Source: a virus
Taxonomy: Duplodnaviria; Caudoviricetes
DNA: 61,719 bases
Direction: 5' to 3' (one strand)
IMG/VR virus record: IMGVR_UViG_3300030389_002537
Coordinates: 1-61,719 of that record
Shown: positions 1 through 10,146 of the stretch, piece after piece
Layout of the letters: every line of letters begins with the position of its first letter
Position numbering within the stretch: position 1 is the stretch's first letter
Translations under genes and position numbers: made by a program
The notes under the pieces: generated by a model
Databases searched by the model: none
Seen by the model: only the letters and a program-made list of their open reading frames with translations
What the model was told of the DNA's origin: nothing

Positions 1-154
1 GCGGCTTTTCTTTTTCGTATATTTGTCGTATGGCTAGCGTACAGCAAGTATATAACTCACTAAAGGATCTGACAAATAAGGAGCAGAAAGGATTTATTAC
101 TCCTCAGATATTTAATTCATTAGCGTCATTAGCTCAAATGAATATCTACAATGA
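1..154. repeat. Terminal direct repeat, left copy (circular overlap)
   Basis: Identical to 61566-61719 except T77 vs C61642 (synonymous AAT/AAC). Confidence 0.95.
18..25 (+). promoter_or_regulatory. Bacteroidetes-type -7 promoter element TATATTTG, 4 nt before ATG
   Basis: Matches TAnnTTTG; follows the terminator at 61552-61580 across the circular junction. Confidence 0.75.
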
Positions 155-767
155 GTTTTTTACGGAGCTTATTGAGGCTAAAAAACTATCTAGACAAAAC
201 TTCGAACTGGGTAGGGATAAATCTGTAAGAAAACTAAAGCTTGAGGATTTGTCATTTATGGTCAGAGAGGCTACGATAAACTCTTCTGATAATGTTTTTA
301 ACAGACCTGAAGATCTGTCAAGGATTATATCTATACGATCTAACAATAGTTTTGATTTTACAAGCGTAGATTCAAGGGTGATGTGCGAGATAATGTACGA
401 TGTGGGTAAAATGAACGCTATACTTGGTAGCAACCTGTCGACACCAACAGAATCTTTTCCTGTAGCGTTAGTAGGTAGAGAGATAGAGGTGTTTCCAAGT
501 ACTATTGACTCTATCATTGTAACGTATTATAAAAAACCAACGTCATTTGAAGTGGGTACTAGAGATGAGCTACCTCTGCAGCCAGCGTACAACGCATTTG
601 AACAGTTTGATGGTAGTCTTATTTTTAATCCAGTAGGTAGTCGAGATTTTATGCTACCAGATCATTGTGTACCTGAGTTGGTAAATGAGATGGCTAAGCT
701 ATTGGGTGTACGTCTAAGAGACCAATCCGTTCAGGCAACAGCAACAAGAGAAGAAGCTAGTGAGTAA
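30..767 (+). CDS. Putative head-tail adaptor / tail ring protein
   Basis: 245 aa; N-terminal NKEQKGFITPQIFN resembles crAss/phi38:1-type ring proteins (recalled); precedes tail genes; TAATG-coupled to next gene. Confidence 0.6.
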   Translation: MASVQQVYNSLKDLTNKEQKGFITPQIFNSLASLAQMNIYNEFFTELIEAKKLSRQNFELGRDKSVRKLKLEDLSFMVREATINSSDNVFNRPEDLSRIISIRSNNSFDFTSVDSRVMCEIMYDVGKMNAILGSNLSTPTESFPVALVGREIEVFPSTIDSIIVTYYKKPTSFEVGTRDELPLQPAYNAFEQFDGSLIFNPVGSRDFMLPDHCVPELVNEMAKLLGVRLRDQSVQATATREEASE

Positions 768-1606
768 TGAGTATGAATAAAGTAAAACTAAGCCAGATTA
801 TACGTGACTTCATCATCACTATGGATGATGATGATTACGTAAGCAATGCATCGGACATAGCTATACGTAACTTTGCGTTGAGGGGTATACGCGAAATAGG
901 TTTTGATCTTGGCAAAAAAATTAGATCTATAAAGTTAACTGTTCAGTCTAACGATACGATTATTTTACCAGATGATTTCGTAGACGTAAGCAAGATAGGA
1001 ATAGTTGGTGCTGACGGAGTTATACGTGCTTTAACAATGAATGGTAATCTAAACTATTCTAGAAAGTATGAGGTGGACTCTAATGGAACTGCAACAAACG
1101 AAACACACGACAGCGAAGAGGGACCGCTTAACATAGAAGCAAACTTCATAAACGACAGACAAGATGATAAAACAGCCACATCAACTGGAGATGTAGATGA
1201 GTTTAATGCTTTTGTGTTCGAAAATTATTTATTTCAGGGAGGTTTTGGTAGGCTGTACGGTGTAGGCGGTGGGTCTGCGCCTGGTGAGTTTAGGATAAAC
1301 CTTGATCAAAACAGAATAGAGATATCTGCTAACTCTGACTTTACTGAGGTTGTTATGGAGTATGTGGCGGATGAAGCTAGATCTACAGACCCAGAGGTTC
1401 ACGTTTACGCAGAAGAAGCTCTAAGATGTTATATATATTATAAACTTGTAGAGCGTAAAGCAAGCGTACCAGCTAATGAAAAGGCGAGAGCGCGTACAGA
1501 ATACTACAATGAGAGAAGAAAAGCAAATGCTAGATTAAGTCACTTTACAAAAGATGAAGCTCTTAAGACAATACGTAAGAACTTCATGCAGGCACCTAAG
1601 TTCTAA
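767..1606 (+). CDS. Putative tail tubular / ring structural protein
   Basis: 279 aa; ILPDDFV and VHVYAEEALRCYI motifs; coupled between adaptor and tail stabilisation genes. Confidence 0.6.
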   Translation: MSMNKVKLSQIIRDFIITMDDDDYVSNASDIAIRNFALRGIREIGFDLGKKIRSIKLTVQSNDTIILPDDFVDVSKIGIVGADGVIRALTMNGNLNYSRKYEVDSNGTATNETHDSEEGPLNIEANFINDRQDDKTATSTGDVDEFNAFVFENYLFQGGFGRLYGVGGGSAPGEFRINLDQNRIEISANSDFTEVVMEYVADEARSTDPEVHVYAEEALRCYIYYKLVERKASVPANEKARARTEYYNERRKANARLSHFTKDEALKTIRKNFMQAPKF

Positions 1607-4600
1607 TGATAGATAAAATTACACCTAGAGCTCTGGATAAAAGTTCAGATTACAGGCTTGTCCCTAAAACAAGCATGATCGATGCGCTTAATGTTTATAT
1701 CACGGATGACGGAGATGGCGCTGAAGGTAATGTAGGCACGTTAAAGAATGTAAGAGGTAATGAATCTGTTGATTATGCGACCCCAGACGATTATCCAACA
1801 GCATCAGAAGACGCTGTTCTTAAAGTTATAGGTAGCGTAACTGACAGTAAAACAAAAATATGTTACTTTTTTGTATGGAGTCAAGTTGCTGAAGATCACG
1901 GCATATGGGCTTATGATAAGTATGGTAAGCTGCCTATATCAAAAACAGAACCTATCGGTATACCAAACTCTTTAAGAAGAGTTTTTACCTCGAATCAATT
2001 CAACTTCCCACAACATGGCTTTGTTAAAGGTGACGTTGTGTATACTAACACAACAGAATTTGAAAAGCATGAAGACATCAGAACTTATTTTGATAACAAT
2101 GAGGGTTTAAAGATAGACTTTGAGAAGGATGCATTATTGTACTTTACAGATAATGTAAACGAACCTAGAAAGATAAACATATACAGGGCGTTACTTGAAA
2201 AAAATGACGCACTTGCAGGCGCTGAATATACAGATGGCAATGAGTTAGAGCTTACTGATTTTATATGTGCATGTCCTAAAGTACCTCTTGATAGAATAAC
2301 TTTTATATTTGATGCTGATTCATCAATATCTACAAACAACTTTGCTGCTTCACCTGGGTTTCAGTTTGCATATCAGCACATATATCAAGACAAAACAGAA
2401 AGCGCTATATCGGTTTACTCAGAAGCAGCATTTCCGCCTTCTATTGTAAACAGAGGTGCAGCTGATGTAAGCGATATATTGGCTCATAACGTATGTATTT
2501 TAAGTATACCTCAAGCTGGTCCAGAAGTAGAAACCATAAGGTTATTAGCGAGATATGGCAACTCAACTAACTTTTTTGAAATAGATGAAGTAGGTAATAA
2601 TGAGTCACTTACAGAAAATTGGGATGTTGATGAAAGGCTTTATAGGTTTTACAATGACAGAGTAGCTTCTGGTGTAAACCCACAAGAAGTAAACAAAACA
2701 TTTGATAATGTACCCCGTAAAGCACAAGCCCAAACAGCTATATCGAACCGCCTCATATACGGAAACTATCTAGAAGGTTTTGACAATATAAATACAGATT
2801 GTGACTCTAGAGTTATATACAACGAAAGACCTCCAGACTATCTAAATCTTACTATAAGCACGCACGCTTCAATAGAGCCTACACCTTACGGAGAAAACAG
2901 GTGTGTGGGTTTTCAGCTTGACACTACAGAGATACCAAATCAAATATCAGAAGGTACTATCGTAAATATAGTTATAGATTATGAACCAGATAAAAACTTT
3001 CATATATACCAAGCGCATGATACTAGCCTAACATATCATCAGTCAAGGCATATGGGTAAGTATTCTGCAAACGCAAGAGGATACAGAAGATACCCCCTTA
3101 AGCAAGACAACTTGATGTACTCTGATAGTGGTGAGGGTCAACCTGGTGCTGATAATGATGGAGATGGAGATTTTCCAGCATATAAGTCTGGAACACAGGC
3201 TTCAAATCAAGAAACTGGTGCAGGATCAAGCGGCGGTTACAGGACTCCAGAGCAATCTGGATCTGTATACTTAGAGGAGCAGGCTCAGAAGTATTTTGGT
3301 AAAAATTTTGGTGTTGGAATAGAAGGGCCTACAGACCCTTCAATATCTCCAGACTCAAACACAAGTGCTTATGATATAAATTTACCAACATGGAGAGCTG
3401 TACAAAATCAACTTGTGCCAGAAATAGAAACAGATCCTAAGGCTGGATTTGGAACAAGCGCTGGAAACCCTCTGATTATAAAAAGTAAGCCTCTTGAGTT
3501 TAGAGTAAGGCTTACGGTTACGCAACCTATAGCGTACAACGGTAGAAAAATTATAGGTACAACTATTACTGAGGCTCTTGCTGGAGCTGATAACGGCTCT
3601 GGAGGGTCACTTACATATGGATACACAGTAAACGTAGATGAAGTTGTAAATGTTGCGAGGATAACAAAAGATGAGTATGACCTTAGCTTAGGGTATGACA
3701 ACTATGAATCTAGTGATTTGACAAATCCTAATTTTACGTTTAAGCAAATAGGCCCAGGAACTGACTACGATAAACTTATTGTAGGTGTAGGGGCAATGAG
3801 AGAAGGTTACGGTGCAGCAGGACAATTTAATACTACTCAACGATTACTTCCTGTTGGGTTCTTTATCATAAACAGAGCAGAGGTTGATTTTTACCTTGAA
3901 CTCGTTGAACCTGATGAGCTTAATCCTGGCGAAAGAGACCACCTAAGGCTGTGTATATCTAAGATAGATATCGATCAAAACGATATAATGACATGTATAA
4001 GGAGACATGACCCTCAATCACCTTGGTGGGTTGTAAGTCCTGAGATTGCATCTGATCCAGCGTTTCAACAATATTGGACATATGGCCTAGGAGATTCATC
4101 TCCTTGGGGTCCATTTTTTCCTTTTTCAGACACCCCAAATCAAACATACGAGGACTCTAATAGTTTTGCGTCAAAGTTTAACATTCCAGACCCTATTTTT
4201 GTACCACGGGGTAGAAAAGATTTTATAATAGGGTTTGATTTAAATGGAGATGGATTAAATTATATAGGTAGTGGTTCATTAGGTGGTATTATTTACCCTA
4301 ACCTTTACTGTTATGGGTATATGGATGTGTCTTCATCTTCGCTGTTTAAATCGCACGCAGAGATATTTGGGGCGGATGAAGAATCTGTAGGTGAGTTTGA
4401 AAATATGTATAAACCAGTTCTCGGTGAGTCTCGTTTTAGATTTAGTCTTATGGATGGTGAAGGTGGGCCAGGTGGCGCTCAAGCTGGTGGAAATTCAGCA
4501 TATGATAATCACATGAATGGTTCGCATGGATCTGTAGCGGCTCAGATATACTTGGATACAGACGAAAGCGATATAAAACTTCATTATTCTATAGGCAATG

Positions 4601-7600
4601 GTAATTGCTACCAGGCATATGTTGGTGGGGTAAGATATGGAGAAGATAGTGCTGATGATTTTGGGGGTCCTTACGCTACAATGAACTCTTCAATTATTAG
4701 TCAATATGGTCTTATGACAGACGAAGAAGCAATTGACGACGGATTAAGTGTTGGAGCAGATGGACAACTACAATTTGGTGATGATTACGCTCGTTTTACA
4801 TATGTTGTAAGCGGTCCGTTCTATACAGGTAGTATAGCTTTAAACCCTATCGTTGGGGCTGACGGATCTAACATACAAGGTAGACCATACCCTCAAGTTA
4901 GAGACTATACAACAACATTACCTTTAATTTGGACCAACACTACAGATGGGGCAAACATAGAGCAAATTACACAGCAGGATTATGGTTTTGGAGATGGTTA
5001 TTATGTTCAGTACAACTGGTTGAAAACATCATTTCCTTGGCCTCAGGTTATGCGTCCACCGCAGGTTCCTGAAAGCTACAGCTGGACATCTAACGGTCAA
5101 ATGAATAGTACCGCTATAGACGGATTGCCTTTCCGTAAAGGTATAGACAATGAAATTAATCCTGATTCAACTGTGGCTGACTCTTATTACAATGGGGATA
5201 ATAACGTAGCAGAAGGGCATAGTGAGTTCGGTTGTGTAGACTTCCGTTTGACGCATTCGCACCTAGAAGGAGGCTCTAGATCTATGTATAGCCCGTCTGG
5301 AGGTTTTGAAAACAATACATCCTTTAAAACCTCTGCTACACACGAGTTTGGGATAGTATATTACGATCAAAGAGGTAGACATGGATATGTAAATTATCTA
5401 GACAGCGTTTACGTAGAAGGTTATAATCCAGGGCGTAGACCTGTAGACGGAAACAATCAAAATAGTCAAGGCTCTGCACACGTTGAACTTACGCTAAAAC
5501 ACGATCCGCCTGAATGGGCTCACAACTATAAAATAGTTTACTCAAAAAACACAAGTTATTCTGACTTTATACAGTATTCTGCGGGTGGTGCGTTTGTGGC
5601 TCAAGGCGAGTCAGCAAGTGGAGACCCGTCTAGAATATACGTTTCTTTAAACTACTTGCAGGGTCATGAAATATCATACTCTGGAGCTTGGGGAGCTAGG
5701 TCTGAAGAAGGAACTCCTGTTATGTACACACCAAAGCAAGGGGATAGATTAAGGGTTATATCGTTTATGCTGGATAATACAAGTGGTTCATCTGTTCCGC
5801 CTCGTGTATATCCTTATAATTATGACTTTGAGGTATCAGATGTTGTAAATTTAGATGATGTAGACAACCCTCTTGCTGAGGGGTATGATGATACTGGAAA
5901 TATTATTCCTGATGAAAATCAAAAAGGATTATTTTTAATACTTAAGAATAACGGTAACGCTACAGGGTTTAGATATCAAGATGTTCGAGATGGCACTCAT
6001 TATTGGGGAGATAACTGTATTATAGAGCTGTATTCTCCACTAAAAGAACTAGATGCAGACGACCGCCTATACTACGAAATAGGTACAACCTATGATGTAT
6101 TTAGAAATAATAATGGAGATCTTGTTCATCAGGGTGATTTCATTAATCAAGAAGGCAACCCTGTTATACTCCTTACAGATGGTGATGTATACTTCAGATC
6201 TCATGCTGTAAATCTTAGAGAATATGATTCATCTCTTGTTGATGGGACGTATATGGGGTATGTAGATATTATCATAAACACAACTGCATATTCTCAAGGT
6301 ACGGACTGGGAAAACTACTCAAGATCTGAGGCTAATTTTAAAAGTTATTATTTAGAATCTCCTGTAGCTACAGATTTATTTAAGTCTGATGCTATACATA
6401 TTGGTAGACCTAATATGATAAAACAGGACGCTCAGGAGTCATACAAAGAGGCTAGTGTTATACACTCAGATAGAGATATTATAGATCACGGTAAAGTGTC
6501 TTATTCTTCTTTCAATAGATCTATACCTATTGACAAAGATTTAGATATGAAGAATGGCGAAATTAACTACCTAGGCAACTGGGATGACAGCTGTTTCTTT
6601 GTCCAGAAAGATAAGTGTGGATATTTTGGCATAGATAGAACTATGATATCAGACCTTAAAGGTGAAAAAAGTCTTATAGCGTCTAGTAAATTTATCAATG
6701 AGCCGCAGTACTACTTAGGTAAAGCAGGGGCTGATGGTAATCCAGAATCCGTTTATGTACTCAACAACTCTGCTTATTTTGCACATAAATCTTTAGGTAA
6801 AGTATTTAAGGCAAGCGGAGGCGGTGCTGGTGTACAGGTTATTTCAGATATAAACATGAGGTCTTGGTTTAAAGATACTTTTGATGCAGCCATGAGCGAG
6901 TCTCAAGTAAATGGTGAAGATGTTAGAGTTGTTGGTGGTTATGACCCAATGAAAGAGGAGTATCTTCTTACTATATTGAGACCTCAGACTTATGAGTTAA
7001 TTACAGATTCTTTTGAACCAACCGTAGACGAACCGCCGCCTCCACCACCTCCACCTCCTGTAGAGGCCCCTGAGTGGGATATATGTAAGTGGTTTAATGG
7101 AACTGAAACTCTTGTTAATATTCAGAATCCTGACTACCCTAGCCCAGATATTGTTCCGTTTACATGGTATGACAACCCATCATATGTAACGGTTGCTGAT
7201 GTAGCTACAGAAATATACGGTGGAGAACCTGGACCATTTACACTTACTGATACTTTAAATCAAGTTGGGTTTGGTAATGTTGCTTTATGGCTAACCTTAG
7301 ATACTGGTGTGTTTACGGATGTATCTCTTCAGTTATTTATAGACACATACTTAACAGAACAAGACGGATCTTTAATAACTCTTGAGTCTCTTGCAGAAAC
7401 TTGCGGGCTTGATTTAGACCCTAATCCAGATCCTGATCCTGATCCAGACCCTGATCCAGATACAGACACAGATGATCCAGAGGATCCAAGACCAGATGAT
7501 GAGCCTGGACCTGTAAAAGACGAAAAAGATAAAAGAAAAGGCAGGGTAAAATATAGTGGAGATGTTAAGTCTGCACAAGACTATGGCGATGTAAAAGAAA

Positions 7601-7854
7601 ATCTATACACTGCTGGTGGAGAGTACTTTTTACCTGACGGTACCGATTACGTAGGTGCTTATCATATACATCCTACGAAAGGAGCTATGGTTGGTGGTAT
7701 GCATATAGAAGAAAAACACGATATTCTTACCCCATATCCACCACTAAAAGCTAAGATACCCGTCGAAACATCTAAATCAAAAAAACAAGAAACAGTAACA
7801 CAAACACGAACTCAAACAACGCCTAGTGGTTCGGGTACATCAGGAGGATATTAA
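1606..7854 (+). CDS. Large tail stabilisation / nozzle protein, N-terminal part
   Basis: 2082 aa; DALNV, LYFTDNVNEPRKINI, NRLIYGNY, FGIVYYDQRGR and VGGYDP motifs typical of this phage group's tail stabilisation protein. Confidence 0.7.
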   Translation: MIDKITPRALDKSSDYRLVPKTSMIDALNVYITDDGDGAEGNVGTLKNVRGNESVDYATPDDYPTASEDAVLKVIGSVTDSKTKICYFFVWSQVAEDHGIWAYDKYGKLPISKTEPIGIPNSLRRVFTSNQFNFPQHGFVKGDVVYTNTTEFEKHEDIRTYFDNNEGLKIDFEKDALLYFTDNVNEPRKINIYRALLEKNDALAGAEYTDGNELELTDFICACPKVPLDRITFIFDADSSISTNNFAASPGFQFAYQHIYQDKTESAISVYSEAAFPPSIVNRGAADVSDILAHNVCILSIPQAGPEVETIRLLARYGNSTNFFEIDEVGNNESLTENWDVDERLYRFYNDRVASGVNPQEVNKTFDNVPRKAQAQTAISNRLIYGNYLEGFDNINTDCDSRVIYNERPPDYLNLTISTHASIEPTPYGENRCVGFQLDTTEIPNQISEGTIVNIVIDYEPDKNFHIYQAHDTSLTYHQSRHMGKYSANARGYRRYPLKQDNLMYSDSGEGQPGADNDGDGDFPAYKSGTQASNQETGAGSSGGYRTPEQSGSVYLEEQAQKYFGKNFGVGIEGPTDPSISPDSNTSAYDINLPTWRAVQNQLVPEIETDPKAGFGTSAGNPLIIKSKPLEFRVRLTVTQPIAYNGRKIIGTTITEALAGADNGSGGSLTYGYTVNVDEVVNVARITKDEYDLSLGYDNYESSDLTNPNFTFKQIGPGTDYDKLIVGVGAMREGYGAAGQFNTTQRLLPVGFFIINRAEVDFYLELVEPDELNPGERDHLRLCISKIDIDQNDIMTCIRRHDPQSPWWVVSPEIASDPAFQQYWTYGLGDSSPWGPFFPFSDTPNQTYEDSNSFASKFNIPDPIFVPRGRKDFIIGFDLNGDGLNYIGSGSLGGIIYPNLYCYGYMDVSSSSLFKSHAEIFGADEESVGEFENMYKPVLGESRFRFSLMDGEGGPGGAQAGGNSAYDNHMNGSHGSVAAQIYLDTDESDIKLHYSIGNGNCYQAYVGGVRYGEDSADDFGGPYATMNSSIISQYGLMTDEEAIDDGLSVGADGQLQFGDDYARFTYVVSGPFYTGSIALNPIVGADGSNIQGRPYPQVRDYTTTLPLIWTNTTDGANIEQITQQDYGFGDGYYVQYNWLKTSFPWPQVMRPPQVPESYSWTSNGQMNSTAIDGLPFRKGIDNEINPDSTVADSYYNGDNNVAEGHSEFGCVDFRLTHSHLEGGSRSMYSPSGGFENNTSFKTSATHEFGIVYYDQRGRHGYVNYLDSVYVEGYNPGRRPVDGNNQNSQGSAHVELTLKHDPPEWAHNYKIVYSKNTSYSDFIQYSAGGAFVAQGESASGDPSRIYVSLNYLQGHEISYSGAWGARSEEGTPVMYTPKQGDRLRVISFMLDNTSGSSVPPRVYPYNYDFEVSDVVNLDDVDNPLAEGYDDTGNIIPDENQKGLFLILKNNGNATGFRYQDVRDGTHYWGDNCIIELYSPLKELDADDRLYYEIGTTYDVFRNNNGDLVHQGDFINQEGNPVILLTDGDVYFRSHAVNLREYDSSLVDGTYMGYVDIIINTTAYSQGTDWENYSRSEANFKSYYLESPVATDLFKSDAIHIGRPNMIKQDAQESYKEASVIHSDRDIIDHGKVSYSSFNRSIPIDKDLDMKNGEINYLGNWDDSCFFVQKDKCGYFGIDRTMISDLKGEKSLIASSKFINEPQYYLGKAGADGNPESVYVLNNSAYFAHKSLGKVFKASGGGAGVQVISDINMRSWFKDTFDAAMSESQVNGEDVRVVGGYDPMKEEYLLTILRPQTYELITDSFEPTVDEPPPPPPPPPVEAPEWDICKWFNGTETLVNIQNPDYPSPDIVPFTWYDNPSYVTVADVATEIYGGEPGPFTLTDTLNQVGFGNVALWLTLDTGVFTDVSLQLFIDTYLTEQDGSLITLESLAETCGLDLDPNPDPDPDPDPDPDTDTDDPEDPRPDDEPGPVKDEKDKRKGRVKYSGDVKSAQDYGDVKENLYTAGGEYFLPDGTDYVGAYHIHPTKGAMVGGMHIEEKHDILTPYPPLKAKIPVETSKSKKQETVTQTRTQTTPSGSGTSGGY
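7411..7500 (+). repeat. Low-complexity (Asp-Pro)n coding repeat
   Basis: GATCC(T/A)/GACCCT hexamer array encoding DLDPNPDPDPDPDPDPDTDTDDPEDP. Confidence 0.85.
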
Positions 7855-7855
7855 T

Positions 7856-8899
7856 ATGTTATACCGAGGAGAAACAGTAGCATTTTCAACAAAAGCAAAT
7901 GTATGGAAAACGAGATACTCGTTTAATCCCACTTGTTATATGGATATGGATAATGATTTTTTATCTAGCGCACCACAAGATGAAGAAGACACTAATCTTG
8001 CTTGGAGACATGATATTGCTACAGGCTACAATACTTTTTACGGATCACTTTATGAATCAATCATAGAGGTTGCCTCAAATCAAAACCCATCTGCTACAAA
8101 AGCATTTAAGGCTGTATCTCTAGAAACAAGCGCTGAAGGCTGGAATTCTATAGTTCGAACTAATATAGATAAAGGGGGCAATACATCTCTTGTACAGGAG
8201 GGAACTATTAGGTCTTTTGATAGCAAAGAAGGGAATCAGTATGCGTCTATGCCTAGAAACTCACAAGGAAACGAGTCTACGTCTAATTTAACATACGTTG
8301 GGAGTGTGACATTAAATGATTTAGTGCCAGGTTATAACTCAGAAAGTGACGTTAGTATAGCAGATCTTGTTGTGCCAGGAACAGCACAGATACAATACGA
8401 GGTACCGCTTCAAAGCATACCTTCAATATCAATAACACCAAGTGAGGCTTCTAAGTTTTATATACCGTCTCCTGCTCAAAACAATCAACTATCTTCATTT
8501 GTTTTTCAGCAAGAGCCAATCCCTCAAGGCAGCTATGAAACAATTTATTCTCTGCAGGGATACAATGTTGACGCTATGTCTATTGTTGGGTATAATTCAG
8601 AGACAAATAGCATAATTTTAGAAACTCCTATACTAAGTATATCACAGTCTGGACAGCAATTAAGTCTAACAGCTTTATTTGCACTTATTGCAGAGTATTC
8701 TAGTGAGGCTGGAGTTACTGAATTTGACTTTGATGCACAAATACCTGTATACATGATGACAGACCCACGTATAAATGGGGATATGATGAGAGGTCCATAT
8801 GCAAACATTAGTATTATTAGGGAGTCTGCATCTCCATTTGAACTATTTTCTATCAACGTAGACTTTGAAAACACTAAGCTTGATGGTAGTTTGGGATAA
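7856..8899 (+). CDS. Tail stabilisation protein, C-terminal part as a separate ORF
   Basis: ATG at 7856, 1 nt after TAA 7854 (track start 7826 is GTG); TVAFS..WKTRYSF, NTFYG, KAFKAVSLE, KEG and GDMMRG motifs. Confidence 0.6.
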   Translation: MLYRGETVAFSTKANVWKTRYSFNPTCYMDMDNDFLSSAPQDEEDTNLAWRHDIATGYNTFYGSLYESIIEVASNQNPSATKAFKAVSLETSAEGWNSIVRTNIDKGGNTSLVQEGTIRSFDSKEGNQYASMPRNSQGNESTSNLTYVGSVTLNDLVPGYNSESDVSIADLVVPGTAQIQYEVPLQSIPSISITPSEASKFYIPSPAQNNQLSSFVFQQEPIPQGSYETIYSLQGYNVDAMSIVGYNSETNSIILETPILSISQSGQQLSLTALFALIAEYSSEAGVTEFDFDAQIPVYMMTDPRINGDMMRGPYANISIIRESASPFELFSINVDFENTKLDGSLG

Positions 8900-8905
8900 A
8901 ATCAC

Positions 8906-8913
8906 TAAATTTG
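8906..8913 (+). promoter_or_regulatory. -7 promoter element TAAATTTG, 4 nt before ATG 8918
   Basis: TAnnTTTG consensus in a short intergenic gap. Confidence 0.65.
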
Positions 8914-8917
8914 TAAT

Positions 8918-10144
8918 ATGAGTAACGGAATTACTAATCGATCTACGGGACTTACCTCATTACTGCAAGCTCAGACGTTTGCTAACATGACTCCAGAGCA
9001 GCGTCTTCAGTTTCAGCAACAACAGGCCAAACAACAGAGGTTACAGGCTGGCATACAGGGTGCTGCTGGTATTGCTGATTTTTTTAGTGGTAGAAAAGCG
9101 CAACAAGGTGCAGAGCAAGATATAGAAGCTTTAGGGGCTCAGTCTGATGAGATTAGGCAGAAGATGGAGGATCTTAAGATGCCTAGCGCAACAAGCCCTG
9201 AAGCCGTTGCGGCTGCTGTGCGTAACGCTACGATACTCGGAGCAAGAGCTCCACAGGACGATTCATCAGAGCTTGCCGCTGCTAAAATGGCACTTGAGTC
9301 TGGTGCAGACCCAACAAACGTACAGAGAGCTCTAAGCGAGGCTCAGCAACAAAAAGATGAGGCAGAGAGAGCAGAACAACAAAGCGCATTCCAACAAGGT
9401 CTTGGCATGCAACAGATGGATGCGCAGAGACAGTATGAAAAAGAAATGCAAAGCCTTGGTATGGACTACGAAGATACACAGGCTCAGCTGCAGGCTGCAC
9501 AGCAACAGAGTTTGCTCGGTCAGCAGCAGCAACAACGAGGGCAAGCTGGGTTGCTAGGCGGTGCCATACAGGGTTTTATGCAAAATAAGAGAGTTGGGCA
9601 GTTAGGTGAGCAATTAGCTGCGTTAGACCAAGAAGGAGATGACACTACAACAGTAGACGAAACTACAACAGAAGATCAAACTACAACAGGAGACCAAACT
9701 ACAACAGGAGGATATCAATTTGGGGATTATAGCGGAGGTTTAGGTAATCTCATGGGGCAAGGCCAAGGGGGGTTAAGGCAGGGACTTTTCGGGGGAGCAA
9801 AAAACTATGACGGGAGTACAGATTATGACGGCAATCCACTAACTCGATTTGATGAAGGGGGTAGGAATATAGTACAGAAGACACCAGGTGCGTTTAAGCA
9901 CGACGACGGAGACGGTGTGTACGAAGAAGGTGAAAACGAATTAATACTTATGCAGCAGACAGCAGGGGGTCTTGTGGACACAGGTATACGTCAGACGGGT
10001 GGTGAGTTTGTACTCAACCCAAAACAGGCACAGGCACTGGAGACCGCCTACGATAAGATAAAGTCAAAAAAGAACCCAAGCAAGGCAGATCTTATGTTAC
10101 TATTTAAAGCGGCTAGATTCCTAGATGAACCGCAATTTGATTAA
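8918..10144 (+). CDS. Putative internal virion / ejection protein
   Basis: 408 aa; Gln/Ala-rich coiled coil, Gly-rich hydrophobic segments, FDEGG motif; position after tail genes. Confidence 0.55.
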   Translation: MSNGITNRSTGLTSLLQAQTFANMTPEQRLQFQQQQAKQQRLQAGIQGAAGIADFFSGRKAQQGAEQDIEALGAQSDEIRQKMEDLKMPSATSPEAVAAAVRNATILGARAPQDDSSELAAAKMALESGADPTNVQRALSEAQQQKDEAERAEQQSAFQQGLGMQQMDAQRQYEKEMQSLGMDYEDTQAQLQAAQQQSLLGQQQQQRGQAGLLGGAIQGFMQNKRVGQLGEQLAALDQEGDDTTTVDETTTEDQTTTGDQTTTGGYQFGDYSGGLGNLMGQGQGGLRQGLFGGAKNYDGSTDYDGNPLTRFDEGGRNIVQKTPGAFKHDDGDGVYEEGENELILMQQTAGGLVDTGIRQTGGEFVLNPKQAQALETAYDKIKSKKNPSKADLMLLFKAARFLDEPQFD

Positions 10145-10146
10145 AA

